DNA from: Octopus bimaculoides
Taxonomy: Eukaryota
Length of the DNA: 64,000 bases
NCBI RefSeq assembly: GCF_001194135.2
Contig: NC_068982.1
Span: 99,885,858-99,949,857 of the forward strand
Direction of reading: 5' to 3'
Part shown: positions 62,410-64,000 of the stretch, one piece after another
How positions within the stretch are numbered: position 1 is the first letter of the stretch
Layout of the letters: each line of letters begins with the position of its first letter
The notes under the pieces: model-generated
Database searches by the model: none
Told to the model about the DNA's origin: nothing
What the model saw: only the letters and a program-made list of their open reading frames with translations
Made by a program: the position numbers and the translations under genes

Positions 62410-62770
62410 TTGTTGGCCCTGAAAGGATGAAAGGTAAAGACAACCTTGATGGAATTTGAATGTAATGATGAACAAAATGTTACTAAGAGTTTTGTCTGAC
62501 TTGCAAATAATCCTACTAGCTTGCTGTCTTGATAATAACAACAACAACAATAATTCTTTCTAATTTTGGCACAAATCCTTAAATTTTGTGTGGAAGAGTA
62601 GTCGATTATATCAACCCCAGTACTTGACTTGCACTTTATTTTATCAACTCCCAAAGGATGAAAGGCAAAGTTGACCTCATCAGAATTTGAACTCAAAACA
62701 TAACAAGTTGGAAGAAATACTGCTCAGCAGTTTGTCCAATTCTCTAACGACTTAGTCAGCTCACCCTACT
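62410..62770 (-). mobile_element. SINE family A copies
   Basis: Two reverse-complement copies next to a 10-N gap. Confidence 0.75.
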
Positions 62771-63079
62771 TAAACATATTACAATAGATCTAAGACTTAT
62801 TTGTGTTCAATTTGAAGTGAAGAGAGCATACCAAAATTGGATGATTTGTGAAAGAAAAGAAGCACTAGCAGAAATTCAGTTACATAGTCAGTTCCACAGA
62901 CACCCAGAATGTGAAATAACATATCTCATCGTTGGAGTAGCTCTAGAGTAAAGATTTAAAATGAGAAATTGAGAATAATTTCTCAGTGATTGTTCAAGAT
63001 GAAACTTTAAACACTCAATGAGTGTTTCAACAAACAAGTAATGTTTGTTGCACCCATGTAATCCCCTATGCAATCAGTA

Positions 63080-63270
63080 AGTTGAAACTGTTAAAAAGGT
63101 CTCAGAATATGCAGATTTAAAAATAGAGCTATGAAGAACATAGGGATACCTATCAGGAAAAGTGAAAGTTGTATCAGCTATCATTGGAACATTAGATTCC
63201 ATCCTCCATATAGCTATCATACCAACTGTAATGGTTGGATCGTTGGATATCAAAACAGACATGTAAGTGC
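63080..63270 (+). mobile_element. Very decayed RLE-LINE C-terminal fragment
   Basis: KKVSEYADLKIEL*RT*GYLSGKVKVVSAIIGTL parallels the KxxKYxxL...VxVVPIIIGALG end of RLE domains. Confidence 0.55.
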
Positions 63271-64000
63271 TTTAAAACTATTCCCTTCTTGGAACAGCTC
63301 ATTCCTATATGTCTTACATTATCTTTAAGATTACTGGATGTAATTTAATTGATATTTGACTGCCGTTTCTAGCATATCAAGTGATCATGCAGAAATTTCT
63401 TCATTCCAATACATACAACCCTTCCACTGCAGATCCAGTCCATTACAAGTGTCTATAATATCCCAGCATAGACCTGCAACACCATATCACATAAATGCTA
63501 TGTCATATTTTGTATTTAATAAAAAAGCTATAGATGTGGTCCATTTAATTTGTTTGTTGATCTGAAGTTTTCTCCATTTTCTGATTATTTATATTTGATT
63601 CCTGATAAACTTTTGTTTATTCTGTTGTTACCTGTACTCAACGAGCATAGTGTGCCTGTATACCCATGCCCAGAGATAACACGGGTAACTGATACCAATA
63701 GTATATACGGATATTTTATCCCTTAGTTGGTTAGTATAACCGATAACTCTGCTTACACTATATATATATATATATATATATAAATAATAAATGAGTATAT
63801 GCATATATACATGCATGTATGTACATACTTACATCTACTTGTATATTTAGATGCATATCTGGGTACAGGACATTGCAAACAAAACGTGGACAAAATGATA
63901 AACAGAGTACAGAAAACACACAGGCCACATAGAGAACATTTCCTTCACCAGCTGCCACCATTCTAACACTGCCGTTTCGAAATATATATATATATATATA

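Noticed and set aside
63920-63985. Possible permuted hammerhead on the minus strand (gaaacgg...cagctggtgaagg)
   Set aside because: The core is mutated (CUGGUGA), stems could not be assigned, and the sequence is truncated by (TA)n at the window end.

Overview
An AT-rich, microsatellite-laden eukaryotic window with eight N gaps. Its repeat families look like those of cephalopod (Octopus) assemblies; this is my recognition, not a database result. I found no recognisable intact protein-coding gene, rRNA, true tRNA or CRISPR array. Nearly all interpretable sequence is decayed mobile DNA: at least four tRNA-derived SINE-like families; RTE, CR1-like and R4/Dong-like (restriction-like endonuclease) LINE fragments; several Tc1/mariner relics and MITEs; and a TG...CA LTR with a 4-bp TSD. 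A CpG-retaining stretch at about 6.3-11.9 kb may hold a promoter or first exon. The most striking object is at 39541-40151. It is a ~610-bp palindrome of two head-to-head tRNA-like units, each followed by (AAT)n and a Penelope-type minimal hammerhead ribozyme motif. One 14-bp direct repeat flanks the whole, so the bidirectional dimer appears to have inserted as a single unit. Boundaries of decayed elements are approximate.
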